From contig CAVTLK010000005.1 in NCBI GenBank assembly GCA_963735595.1, positions 64,001-128,000 of the forward strand: DNA of 64,000 nucleotides, given 5' to 3'. Under the pieces are notes generated by a model. It was given only the letters and a program-made list of their open reading frames with translations, was not told the DNA's origin and did no database searches. This document shows, piece by piece, positions 12,301-22,076 of this stretch (its first letter is position 1; the number at the start of each line of letters is the position of its first letter). Source of the stretch: an uncultured delta proteobacterium. Its GTDB lineage: Bacteria; Desulfobacterota; Zymogenia; Zymogenales; Zymogenaceae. The translations under genes and the position numbers were made by a program.

Positions 12301-12537
12301 GGGATGGTTTCCAAATAAGCTACCGCCACGGTGAAGCGCTCTACGAGATCGAGATCGAAAATCCCCGAACACGGCGAGCGAGGCGTGATCTGGGTGGAGA
12401 TGGATGGCAAACGCGTCAAGGACGGCTTGATCGGCCTGGATCGGGACCTGGTCAAGCATCACGTTGTTGTCCGTATGGGGCAACCCGAGCAGGTAGGAAA
12501 AGCCAAGAAGACTCGATTGAAGAGTCCTGTCGAATAA
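3310..12537 (+). CDS. ndvB: Cyclic beta-1,2-glucan synthase (glycosyltransferase + glucoamylase-like cyclization domain + GH94 phosphorylase), split by about a dozen frameshifts
   Basis: Consecutive + strand ORF fragments carry Cgs motifs: EWLLDNEYI, GELWAVP, GWERKRGKL (~5510), VITLDSDT, SHDLIEG, RQHRWIRGDWQ, LPPDNYQ..RTSPTNIG, SWTGTMFEYLMP, LLSNGRY, PAPWANVIAN, YQSGGAFGFRDQLQD, GDWNDG, GVRENGGQYTHAA, WSWYTGSA. Start could be 3241 or 3310. Confidence 0.93.
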
Positions 12538-12639
12538 GGCAGAATCGATCACGTGAAATATGGGGTTTCAGGCCTTGTTTCTATCTATTTTTAAGGGTTG
12601 GCCTACCTCCCGAAAATGTCCGTCAGTCATGAGGCAGGA

Positions 12640-12664
12640 GGTTCGATCCCGACCCCCAGCACCA
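12640..12664 (+). mobile_element. tRNA 3'-end fragment (tRNA-Leu-like), candidate att site remnant
   Basis: GGTTCGATCCCGACCCCCAGCACCA = T-loop, 3' T-stem, acceptor strand and CCA. The upstream bases do not complete a cloverleaf (GGAGG cannot pair fully with CCGAC). Confidence 0.7.
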
Positions 12665-12795
12665 TACATGCCATCATACCGGCGGCCCCGTTTTTTTCTA
12701 CCGGCGATTGGTCCGAACTCGGAAAACGCCGCGACCTGTCATGTCAACTTCCGGCATATCGGCGCGCCGCTGCCGCCGGATAGCCGGCTCCCCCA

Positions 12796-14230
12796 TTACG
12801 TCGCCGACAATTCCCGCGGCGTCACGCCCGGCTTGTAGGTCTTGACGCTCACCGCGTACATCAGGATGACGGCCACGATCAGCGCCCCCGCGATCGGCTC
12901 AACCCACTCGGGCAGGCCCACCGTAAACTTCAGGGCGTACAGGGCCACCACCGTGACGCCCCCCCCGATCATGCTGGCGATCGCCCCGGCGTTGGTGGCC
13001 TTTTCCCAGAAGAGGGCCGCCATCGTGGGGACAAACCCGACGGCTATGAATATGGCAAACGACAGGAGCATCATGTCGAAAATCCCCCGCATCAACAGCG
13101 CGAAGGTAATCCCCAGGATACCGATGGCCGCCACCGCGATTCGCGCCGTCCACAGGGCGGTGTGCTCCTGCATGTTCGGCTTGAAGAGCCGGGCCACGTC
13201 CCGGGAGACGGTCATGCCCGCTACCATCAGGACGCTCGCGGCGGTCGACATCACGACGGCCAGGATGGCCGCGATCGACAAGGCCGATCATCACGGGGGG
13301 GAGGTTGTTCATGATCAGGACGGGAACGACCACGTCGTTCGTGCCATACAGCGCCTTGAGCGAGGGGTAGAGGTAAAACCCGATCATTCCCACGAAGATG
13401 ATGGAGAGGCTGTAGCCGAAATAGAGGATGGTCGAGATGACGATGCTTTTGCGGGCCACGTGCTCGTCCCTCGCGGATGAGGCACGCTGCCAGAGAGAGA
13501 CATCGATAAAGCAGATTGGGATGAGGGTGAGAAACCACCCGATGACGGTAAACAGCGGCGCCCCACCGAAGAGATCGAGCATGCGGGACGGCATCTTTGC
13601 CGCCATCCAGCCGAAGTCCATCCCCTTGAAGAGAAAGATCGGCAGCATCACGCCGAGAATCACCAGCAGGAGGATCGCCTGGACGATCTCGGTGTAGGCA
13701 AGCGCAAACATGCCGCCGGCAAACGTGTAGGCTATCATTACGGCGCCGGCGATCAGCACGGCATGGCCGTACGTGACTCCCCAGAGAGACCCCCCGACCG
13801 CGGTAAAGACGGTGCCGAGGGCGGCCACCTGGACACCGAAGAGGGCAATAAGCCCCAACAGGAGAAAAGCCGCCGAGATGATCCGGGCCGTGTTGCCGTA
13901 CCGCGCCAGGAGGACTTCCGGGATCGTCCAGTATTTTAACCGCCTGATTACCCGGGCGATGAACGAAAAGCCGATCAATCCCAGGGCGTAGGCGACGATA
14001 CTCCAGACGACCACGATTCCGAAATTATATGAGAGCCCCCCCACGCCGAGCGTGGCGCCGGCCCCGATGGCGGTGGCCGTGATCGCGCCGACCAGCGTCG
14101 GGTAACCCAGGGACCTGCCCGCCAGCGAATAGTCCGTCTCGTTTTTAACCTTGCGGTAGCTCACCACGCCGACTATCAGGATAAAGACAAAATAGAGGAT
14201 GATAACGATCAGATCAATAGTGCCCACCAT
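12796..14230 (-). CDS. Sodium:solute symporter family (SSS) transporter, one frameshift near 13280
   Basis: DYSLAGRSL, TAIGAGATLG, YTFAGGMFALAYTEIVQ, WQRASSA, then second frame AAILAVVMSTAAS...; many TM segments. Confidence 0.9.
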
Positions 14231-14381
14231 AGCGGTTACTCCTTTCTCTATGGATTATAGACAGTCGATGCAACCGCCGATCGAGAATAACGCGAGAAAC
14301 AACGGCGGTTGCCCCGCTGTTTAACGCCCCCTGTACACCGTGAAAGGCCACAGGGCCGCCCGGTACCCCCGGCGCGGCGCG

Positions 14382-15272
14382 CTATGCCCCTTCCAACCCG
14401 AAGAGGCGCGCGGCGTTGTGGTACAACCACTTATCCTTGACCTCCTCGCGCAAGGGCAGATGACATACCTCGCCGACCCCCTGCTTCATTGAGAGCATCG
14501 GCCAGCCCGAAGCGAACATGATTTTATCCGCCAGGACGCTGCCACCCAGCTGTAACAGCGTCTCATATCCCGAGTTGGACTTGCCCAGATACTTTGGACG
14601 GACGGTGGAAGTCGATATATAGACATTCGGGTGCCGCCAGGCCACGGCCACGAGCTCGGCCACCCACGGGAACCCGGGGGTGCTGCCGACGATTTTCAGA
14701 TCGGGAAAGTCCACCGCGACGTAATCCAGGTGGTTGGGACGGCAGATGTCCATACGGACGTCGCGTCGAAAATGCATCGACGATTCAATGAAGACGACAG
14801 CATTCAGCTCAAGGCACTTTTCGTAGAGCGGATAGTATTTCCTGTCCGAGGCGGGGAGGTTGTACTCATACGTCCAGAGGTCTATCCCTTTAAGGCCCAG
14901 ATCCTTTACGGCATGTTCCAGGTTTTCCAGCGCGCCCTTCCCCTTGAGCGGATCGGCGCCGGCAAGCCCGATGAACCGGTCGGGAAAGCGGCGGACGATA
15001 GCCGCGCACGCCTCGTCCGGGATCTTCATCCCGAAGGTCGTCTCGATATCCCTGGAGCGGATGACGGCGATATCGATGCCCTCGTCATCCAGCAGCTTGA
15101 CAAACGATTCGGGCGTCCACTCGGCCTTAACGAGGGCGGACAGACCCTGTTCGAGATCGGGGCCGTAAATCCTGAAATAGTCCTTCATGTATGAGGGCTC
15201 TATGAAGAACTCCTTGAACGGCGGTGTGACGGCGCAGTCGATCACCTTCTTCTTCTTTGCGGGATCCGACAT
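14382..15272 (-). CDS. Amidohydrolase_2 family protein
   Basis: PDRFIGLAGADP, LGLKGI, YYPLYEKC, DFPDLKIV, HPNVYI, DKIMFASGWP, KWLYHNAARLFGL. Confidence 0.85.
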   Translation of the reverse strand: MSDPAKKKKVIDCAVTPPFKEFFIEPSYMKDYFRIYGPDLEQGLSALVKAEWTPESFVKLLDDEGIDIAVIRSRDIETTFGMKIPDEACAAIVRRFPDRFIGLAGADPLKGKGALENLEHAVKDLGLKGIDLWTYEYNLPASDRKYYPLYEKCLELNAVVFIESSMHFRRDVRMDICRPNHLDYVAVDFPDLKIVGSTPGFPWVAELVAVAWRHPNVYISTSTVRPKYLGKSNSGYETLLQLGGSVLADKIMFASGWPMLSMKQGVGEVCHLPLREEVKDKWLYHNAARLFGLEGA

Positions 15273-15323
15273 TGTTCCTCCGGCAGTACAGGTGTCTAGA
15301 TGTAAGAGGTCTACGCTAATCGG

Positions 15324-16959
15324 TTATCCGGTTTCGCTGAGCGTCCTTATCACTTCGTTTCTGAGAGCGGTGCGGTCGGACTTCCCGATTCGCGTGATCG
15401 GGATGTCGTCTTTGATGACGATTTTTTTGGGCACTTTAAACGCGGCCAGGTTCTCCTTCAGGTAGGCCGTGAGCCCTTCGGTATCTACCGCTGTTCCCCA
15501 GACAGGAGCGACGTAAAGCCAGACCACCTCCCCGTAGATCTTGTCGGGAATCCCGATGGCCGCAGACAGCCCCACGTTCGGATACTGAGCCGCGACGTCC
15601 TCCACCTCGGTCGGGAGCACCGTATAACTGCCTACCCGAATAATCTGTTTGATACGTCCTTTGATGTAGATGCCGCCGTCCTCGGTCAGGTATCCGAGGT
15701 CCCCGGTCCTGCACCAGCCGTCGGGGGTGAAACCGGCCTCGTCCTCTTCGGGCATGTTGTAGTAATGAGGTATCACCAGCGGCCCGCCGATAATGACCTC
15801 GCCCACCTCCGTCCGGGGGACCTCATTGCCCTGATTGTCGACGATTTTAACCGTAACCGTGGGGAACGGCTTCCCAACGTAGCCCTCGTCGATCCAGGCC
15901 AGGTCATCACCCGGCTCGGTGTAAGAGACTGCAGAGCCCGCCTCGGTGCTTCCGTAGCCTGAGACGAGGACGGGGGAGATTTTCTCCTTTATTCCCGTTG
16001 CAAGCTCCAGCGATACCCGCTCGCCGCCCAGGGCCGCCAACTTTACGCACGACAGGTCAAATGTATCCAGATCGGGCAGAGACAATAAGATCGCGTACAT
16101 CGTCGGCACGCCTCCCATCCAGGGGATCTTCTGCCTGGCAGTGACCTCCAATACCTTGTAGGGGCTCCAGTCTTCCATCAGGATGACCTCAAAACCGCCC
16201 ACGAGCGGCATCCCGACCAGCTCAACCGTCCCTCCCACATGGCTGGGCGGAAGCGCTGCCAGGCTTTTGATGCGCCCCTCTATGCCCACCTGAGAGAGCG
16301 CCTTCCTGAAAAAGCCGTATTCGATATATGACATGAAGGTCGTGTTGAGGTTGTTGAGGAGGGCCGCCTTCGGAACGCCCGTCGTCCCGCCGGTGAAGAT
16401 GATCAGGGAGCCGTCGGCGGTGTTCAACGAGCGCTTTCGCGCCTCGAGTTCGTCTTCGCGCCCGAATTTTTGGGCCAGGAGATCCTCGAAGGAGCGTCCG
16501 AACTCGGCCGAGCCGACCAGCACCTTCGGGATGTCGCCGAAAAGACCCGAAAGACCCTTGAGCTTCTCAACGGTATTGAAGTCCTTGACCCCGGTGATAG
16601 ACAGGATCAGGGAGGGTTTGGCGTGGGAGAGGAAGCGCTCCAGATCCCTGGTGCGAAACTTCACGTCCATCGGGACGAGGATCGCCCCGGCGGCGCCGGC
16701 GGCAACGAGCGTTACTACGAAATCGATACCCATGGGCAGGATCGAGACGATCCGGTCTCCCTTTTTGATGCCGAAAGAGAGAAACGCCTGGGCCAGCCGA
16801 TCGACCTAGTTGTTTAAATTGGCCTGCACGTACGGTGCGGTCACCCTGGGTGAGGGATGGAAAATCGGGATCGATCCCGCTCCAGTAGTCAACGTACTGC
16901 CAGTAGTAGTCGAAGTGGGGAACATCAAATTTCGGGATTTCAAAGGTCGGCTTTTCCAT
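15324..16959 (-). CDS. Acyl-CoA synthetase (AMP-forming), frameshift near 16805
   Basis: IIFTGGTTGVPKA, GYGSTEA, RTGDLG, IKGRIK, KVPK, IGK; N-terminus lies in ORF 16567-16959. Confidence 0.9.
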
Positions 16960-17106
16960 CGTCTGCCTCCGGAAAGCGAAAATAGGGAGATCCGGCCGAA
17001 GCTCAGGAACCGTAATTGCTCATCGATCGCCGCGTGGAGCGGTGAATAACATTATATTGTATACAAACGAAACGGCTGGATACTCTATGTTGCCGGTTCG
17101 CCTATT

Positions 17107-17220
17107 TATGTACACGAGTTTTGAATTCATGTCAAACGAATTAAGGCAAAAAACGAACGGAAGGGACCCGGGCCGCGGGCCTATTTCGATGTTGACACGC
17201 GAGTCAACCTATAGTACACA
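17107..17220. promoter_or_regulatory. Divergent sigma70-type promoters with a palindromic operator
   Basis: Minus-strand TTGACA-17-TACATA (~17135-17107). Plus-strand TTGACA at 17192 sits inside the palindrome GTTGAC-acgcga-GTCAAC (17191-17208). Confidence 0.6.
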
Positions 17221-17269
17221 GTATACGTAGATCGATCATCGGTTCGGATACCATACAGGGAGCCAGCCA

Positions 17270-19141
17270 ATGGAAGAATTCATTATCAGAAACCTTGCCG
17301 ATATCCAGGCGATAGAAAAGGTCCCTCTCTCCAAGCGATTCTCGGAAACAAGCACCTACCAGGCCATAAAAAAGGGAAGCGGCATCAACCCGGACGCGGT
17401 AGCCGTCAACTTCATACTGACCGGCGACCAGTATCAGAACCCGATATCGGTCACCTATAAGACGCTGATCGGCCGGATACACCAGGCGGCAAACTGCTTT
17501 CACGACCTGGGGATAGGGCCGAACGACGTCGTGACCTATCTCCTGCCGAACGTCCCCCAGACGCACTACGTCCTGTGGGGGGCAGAGGCGGCGGGTATCG
17601 CCAACCCGGTCAACCCGCTCCTGGAGGCCTCGGCGATACGCGATATCTGCCGGGCCGCCCGGACGAAGGTCCTGGTCGCGCTGGGAGACGTGCCCGGTTC
17701 AGAAATATGGAAGAAGGTACAGGCCGTCAAGGACGACATCCCCACGCTGAAGAATATCCTCGTCCTGCTGGGGCAGACGGAAAAGGGAAAAGGGATATTC
17801 AACCTCGACGAGAAGCTGGCCGAATACCCGGAGGATAGGCTCGTCTTTACGAGGGACATTAAGCCCTCCGACGTAGCCTCCCTCTATCACACCGGCGGGA
17901 CGACCGGCACGCCCAAGCTCGCCCGCAGGACGCACGGTAACGAGCTCGCCAACGCCTTCGTGATGGGACTTATGGCCGGCATTACCCCGGAAAACGTTGT
18001 CATGTGCGGGTTACCCCTGTTCCACGTCAACGGGACGATTGTAACGGGCCTTGCCCCGTTCTGGTGGGGGGCGCAGGTTGTGCTCCTTTCGCCCCAGGGG
18101 TACCGGGACCCCGGCATCCTTCCCAACTTCTTCAAGATCATCGAAAAATTCCGCGGGAGCTTCTTTTCGAGCGTCCCCACGATCCTTTCCGTGCTCCTGG
18201 AGACCCCGAAGGGGAATGCCGATATAACGAGCCTCAAGTACGCCATCTGCGGGGCCGCCCCGCTGTCGGTAGAGCTGTTCCGGCGTTTCGAGGAGTATAC
18301 CGGCCTGAAGATCCTCGAGGGATACGGCCTGACGGAATCGGCAGCGGGGGCCTCGGTCAACCCCAAGGACGGCCAGCGCCGGGTCGGCTCCATCGGCCTG
18401 AGGCTGCCGTACGAGGAGATGAAGACCGTCATACTCGACGACGAGGGTGTCTACGTCCGGGACGCAGAGCCGGAAGAGGTCGGAGTCATCGCGCTGCGCG
18501 GCCCCAATGTCTTTCTCGGATACGTGGATGAGCTGCACAACAAGGGGCTCTGGATTGACGACGGCTGGCTGAACACCGGCGACCTGGGCCGTATGGACAA
18601 AGACGGCTATTTCTGGCTGACCGGAAGGAAGAAGGAGATCATCATCCGGGGCGGCCACAACATCGATCCGGCGGTCATCGAGGAGCCGATTTACCGGATG
18701 CCCCAGGTCAAGGCCGCGGCGGCGGTAGGCCGGCCCGACGCCCACTCGGGAGAGGTCCCGGTGGCCTACGTCGAGCTCAGGGAGGGCCAGTCGCTCACGC
18801 CCCAGCAGATCCTGGAATTTGCCGCCCGAGAGATACCCGAGCGGGCCGCCGTCCCCAAAGAGGTGTACATCGTCGATAAGCTCCCACTGACCCCCATCGG
18901 GAAGATCCATAAGCCGACCCTCGTGTGGGACGCCGCCCGGCGCGTCTACGAAAAGGAGATGGAGGCCGTCTCGGACCTTGTTTCATCGGTAACGGTGGCG
19001 GTTGCTGAGGACAGGACCTCCGGGAAGGTCGCGGCCATCACCGTTACCCCAAGGCCGGGGATTACGGCCGATACCGTCAAGAAACGTATCGACGACGTCC
19101 TGGCCCGCTATACCCTCAAGTATGTGGTAGTCATAGCCTAA
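17270..19141 (+). CDS. Acyl-CoA synthetase (long form)
   Basis: LYHTGGTTGTPKLA, EGYGLTE, NTGDLG, LTGRKKEIIIRGGHNIDP, GEVPVAYV, TPIGKIHK; SD GGGAG upstream. Confidence 0.93.
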   Translation: MEEFIIRNLADIQAIEKVPLSKRFSETSTYQAIKKGSGINPDAVAVNFILTGDQYQNPISVTYKTLIGRIHQAANCFHDLGIGPNDVVTYLLPNVPQTHYVLWGAEAAGIANPVNPLLEASAIRDICRAARTKVLVALGDVPGSEIWKKVQAVKDDIPTLKNILVLLGQTEKGKGIFNLDEKLAEYPEDRLVFTRDIKPSDVASLYHTGGTTGTPKLARRTHGNELANAFVMGLMAGITPENVVMCGLPLFHVNGTIVTGLAPFWWGAQVVLLSPQGYRDPGILPNFFKIIEKFRGSFFSSVPTILSVLLETPKGNADITSLKYAICGAAPLSVELFRRFEEYTGLKILEGYGLTESAAGASVNPKDGQRRVGSIGLRLPYEEMKTVILDDEGVYVRDAEPEEVGVIALRGPNVFLGYVDELHNKGLWIDDGWLNTGDLGRMDKDGYFWLTGRKKEIIIRGGHNIDPAVIEEPIYRMPQVKAAAAVGRPDAHSGEVPVAYVELREGQSLTPQQILEFAAREIPERAAVPKEVYIVDKLPLTPIGKIHKPTLVWDAARRVYEKEMEAVSDLVSSVTVAVAEDRTSGKVAAITVTPRPGITADTVKKRIDDVLARYTLKYVVVIA

Positions 19142-19201
19142 CGGGCCGATCGGCTGCCGAAAATACCGTCACCAGCACCATCACTCGATGGTGCGCGGGG
19201 T

Positions 19202-20704
19202 GTGCCTATGTCCTCAGTATCTGCGCCCGACGCACCGCAGCACGATCGGCATCGTCCCCGTTTTCATTTCACGCCCCAGAAAAACTGGATGAACGATCCC
19301 AACGGCCTGGTCTACTACGGCGGCCGTTTTCACCTCTATTATCAGTACAATCCCTTCGGTACCCGGTGGGGCAACATGCACTGGGGGCACGCCGAAAGCG
19401 CCGACCTGGTCGGCTGGCGCCACCTGCCGATCGCACTTTCCCCCGACCGGCTGGGCACGATCTTTTCCGGGTCGGTCGTCGCCGATCGCCTGAACACGAG
19501 CGGGCTCTTTCCTGCGGGCAAGGGCGGGCTCGCGGCTGTCTTCACCTATTTCAAGTGGGGATTGCAGCGGCAGGGCGTGGCGACGAGCCCCGACTGGGGC
19601 CTCACGTGGAATATGTATCATGGTAACCCGGTCATAAAGAATCCCCTCCTGATTCACTTCCGCGACCCGAAGGTGTTCTATCACGGCCCCACCCGGCGGT
19701 GGGTCATGCTCCTCACGGTCGGGAGCCGTATTCGCTTCTACCTGTCCGAAAACCTCCTTGCCTGGGCGCCGGCCGGCGACTTCGGCAAGGATGCGGGCGC
19801 CCACGGCGGAGTCTGGGAGTGCCCCGACCTCTTCGAGCTTGCCGTTGACGGCGACGAAAAAAATAAAAAATGGGTGCTTTTGGTCAGCGTAAAGGGCGGC
19901 GCCCCCGGCGGGGGGTCGGGGACGCAGTATTTTACCGGCGATTTCGACGGACGGCGCTTTACCGCCGACGGGCCGCCCGGCCGGGTCCGGTGGCTCGATT
20001 TCGGCGCCGATAACTATGCCGGGATTACCTATAACAACGTCCCGGAGTCGGACGGGCGGCGGATCTTCATCGGGTGGATGAACGACTGGCGGTACGCCCA
20101 GGAGATCCCCACGGCGCCCTGGCGGGGCGCGATGACCACCCCGCGGGAGCTTTCGCTCATCCGGGAGGGCGGCGAGATGATGCTTGCCGTACGGCCGGTC
20201 CGTGAGCTTACCGCGGCTCGGATGGGGGGCTTTCACCTGGACGCCGCGCGCATCGAAGGCGAGATCATCGTGGAGAAAAAGGAGCTCGCGGGCGGCGCCT
20301 TTGAGATCGCCGCCGAATGGGAAGGGGAAGCGGAGACGGGCGAAGCGGGGCAATTCGGGATCGCGCTTAAAAACGGCCGGGGGGAGGAGACGGTCATCGG
20401 TTTCGAGCCGGCGTCAGGGCGGCTGAGCCTGGACCGCCGCCGGTCGGGCAATACCGGCTTCTCCAGGCATTTCCCCGCCGTGCACCATGCCCCGATCGGC
20501 TCTAATAAAGGCCGCTTTAAGGCGCAGATCCTGGTGGATACCTGTTCGATCGAGGTCTTCGCCGGGGGCGGGAGGACCGTCATAACCGACCTCGTCTTCC
20601 CCGGCTCCCCCTACGACCGCTTCACGCTCTTTTCCCGGCGCGGTCCCGCCAGGCTTCTTTCGCTCTCGGGGTGGGGGATCGACCCTCACCACACGGATAG
20701 ATAA
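19202..20704 (+). CDS. GH32 beta-fructosidase/levanase
   Basis: Catalytic motifs WMNDPNG, FSGS, FRDPKV, WECPDLF; C-terminal VDTCSIEVF beta-sandwich. Confidence 0.95.
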   Translation: MPMSSVSAPDAPQHDRHRPRFHFTPQKNWMNDPNGLVYYGGRFHLYYQYNPFGTRWGNMHWGHAESADLVGWRHLPIALSPDRLGTIFSGSVVADRLNTSGLFPAGKGGLAAVFTYFKWGLQRQGVATSPDWGLTWNMYHGNPVIKNPLLIHFRDPKVFYHGPTRRWVMLLTVGSRIRFYLSENLLAWAPAGDFGKDAGAHGGVWECPDLFELAVDGDEKNKKWVLLVSVKGGAPGGGSGTQYFTGDFDGRRFTADGPPGRVRWLDFGADNYAGITYNNVPESDGRRIFIGWMNDWRYAQEIPTAPWRGAMTTPRELSLIREGGEMMLAVRPVRELTAARMGGFHLDAARIEGEIIVEKKELAGGAFEIAAEWEGEAETGEAGQFGIALKNGRGEETVIGFEPASGRLSLDRRRSGNTGFSRHFPAVHHAPIGSNKGRFKAQILVDTCSIEVFAGGGRTVITDLVFPGSPYDRFTLFSRRGPARLLSLSGWGIDPHHTDR

Positions 20705-20716
20705 GGAGGAGTTCTT

Positions 20717-22039
20717 ATGGGTCAGCTCTCGTTCGGCAAGAAGCTCTCCTATTCGATGGGGGGGATAGCCCTCAACCTGGCAAACCTCGCCATTTCACAG
20801 TGGCTCCTGGTTCTCTATGTCCCGACCAAGGACAAGGCGCTGGTGGCAAGCCTCCTCTTTTCCCTGATTTTTTTGGCCGGCAGGATTACCGACGGAATCA
20901 CCGAGCCCCTTATCGGGTTCTTGAGCGACCACTGGCGGTCGAAACGGGGCAGGCGGATCCCCTTTATCATCTTCGCGACGTTGCCCGTGGCGGCGGTCTC
21001 CTTTCTTCTCTGGACCCCGCCGCTGCCCCACGAGCAGAGCTGGATCAACGGGGTGTACATCTTTGTACTCGTGCAGCTCTTTTTCATCCTCTGGTCGACG
21101 CTGGCAAATCCGTATATGTCGCTCCTTCCGGAGCTGACCTCCGATCTCAAGGAGCGCGTTGATATCTCGGCAATGCAGGCGGTCTTCCTGATGATCGGGA
21201 CCCTCATCTTCGGCTTCCTGGGGCCGATAAAGGAGGCCTTCGGATGGATCGGTATCGGCTCGGTCCTCTTTATCGCCACGATCGTGTCGTTCCTGCCGAC
21301 GATCCTGGTCATCAAGCAGCGGCCTTCGGACGTCAGACGGGGCGCCGATGAGCGTTTTCGTTTTATGATGATCTTTTCATGGGCCGCCACGACCTTCAAG
21401 AACCGGGCGTTTATCCGCTACCTTGCAGCGACGGCGTTGTTCTGGTTTGCGCTCAACCTCTTTATCATCATCGTCCCGTTCTGGTCGAAGTACGTCCTGG
21501 GAAATACCGATGACAAGGTCGTCCTCCTCATGGCGCCGCTCCTTGCCGCAAACCTGGTCTTTTTCTTCGTCTTCAGCGTCCTCTCCAAGAAGTTCGGCAA
21601 GTACGTCATGTTCCTGGTAACACTGGCGGGGTGCGCGGCCGCAATGTCTCTCCTGTGGTTCGTGGGGCCGGCGATTCCGGCAAGCCCCCAGGTACAGACC
21701 CAGGTCGTGATGGGGCTCGTCGGGGTATTCATGGCGGGATTCATGATGCTTCCGATGGCGCTGCTGGCCGACGTCATCGACTACGACGAGACATTGACCG
21801 GCAAACGGCGGGAGGGAATCTACTTCGGCATGCAGAGTATCCTCCAGAAGATCTCCATCGGCGTCTCGATCCCGCTGGCGGCCGCCCTCATGTACGCCGG
21901 GGGCGGGATGACGCCCACGGAGCTGGGGCTCAAGCTTATCGCGCTTGTCGCGGGATTCTTCGCGCTGCTGGCATGCGCGGTGTTCCTGACGTACCCGCTT
22001 CGGGAGCGCGAGGGAAAGGTCTTTGTGAAAGGACGGTAG
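20717..22039 (+). CDS. MFS sugar transporter (GPH/MelB-like)
   Basis: RITDGITEPLIGFLSD, GRRIPF, PYMSLLPELT, ADVIDYDE..TGKRREGIYFG; SD AAGGAGG. Confidence 0.9.
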   Translation: MGQLSFGKKLSYSMGGIALNLANLAISQWLLVLYVPTKDKALVASLLFSLIFLAGRITDGITEPLIGFLSDHWRSKRGRRIPFIIFATLPVAAVSFLLWTPPLPHEQSWINGVYIFVLVQLFFILWSTLANPYMSLLPELTSDLKERVDISAMQAVFLMIGTLIFGFLGPIKEAFGWIGIGSVLFIATIVSFLPTILVIKQRPSDVRRGADERFRFMMIFSWAATTFKNRAFIRYLAATALFWFALNLFIIIVPFWSKYVLGNTDDKVVLLMAPLLAANLVFFFVFSVLSKKFGKYVMFLVTLAGCAAAMSLLWFVGPAIPASPQVQTQVVMGLVGVFMAGFMMLPMALLADVIDYDETLTGKRREGIYFGMQSILQKISIGVSIPLAAALMYAGGGMTPTELGLKLIALVAGFFALLACAVFLTYPLREREGKVFVKGR

Positions 22040-22076
22040 GCGTATCGGCTCGGCGATACACGCGAGGTAACGAGAA

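Noticed and set aside
3310..12537. cgs as a true pseudogene or programmed-frameshift gene
   Set aside because: All catalytic motifs are intact, no shared slippery motif was seen, and the same type of break hits nadA and other genes; sequencing error is more parsimonious.
12590..12664. Complete tRNA gene
   Set aside because: Only the 3' 25 nt are tRNA-like; no D arm, anticodon arm or matching 5' acceptor strand.
19214..20353. Long antisense ORFs (also 5660-6763, 21936-22961, 43230-44384, 51273-52382, 57699-58760)
   Set aside because: Shadow frames of well-supported genes in GC-rich DNA, with no recognisable motifs.
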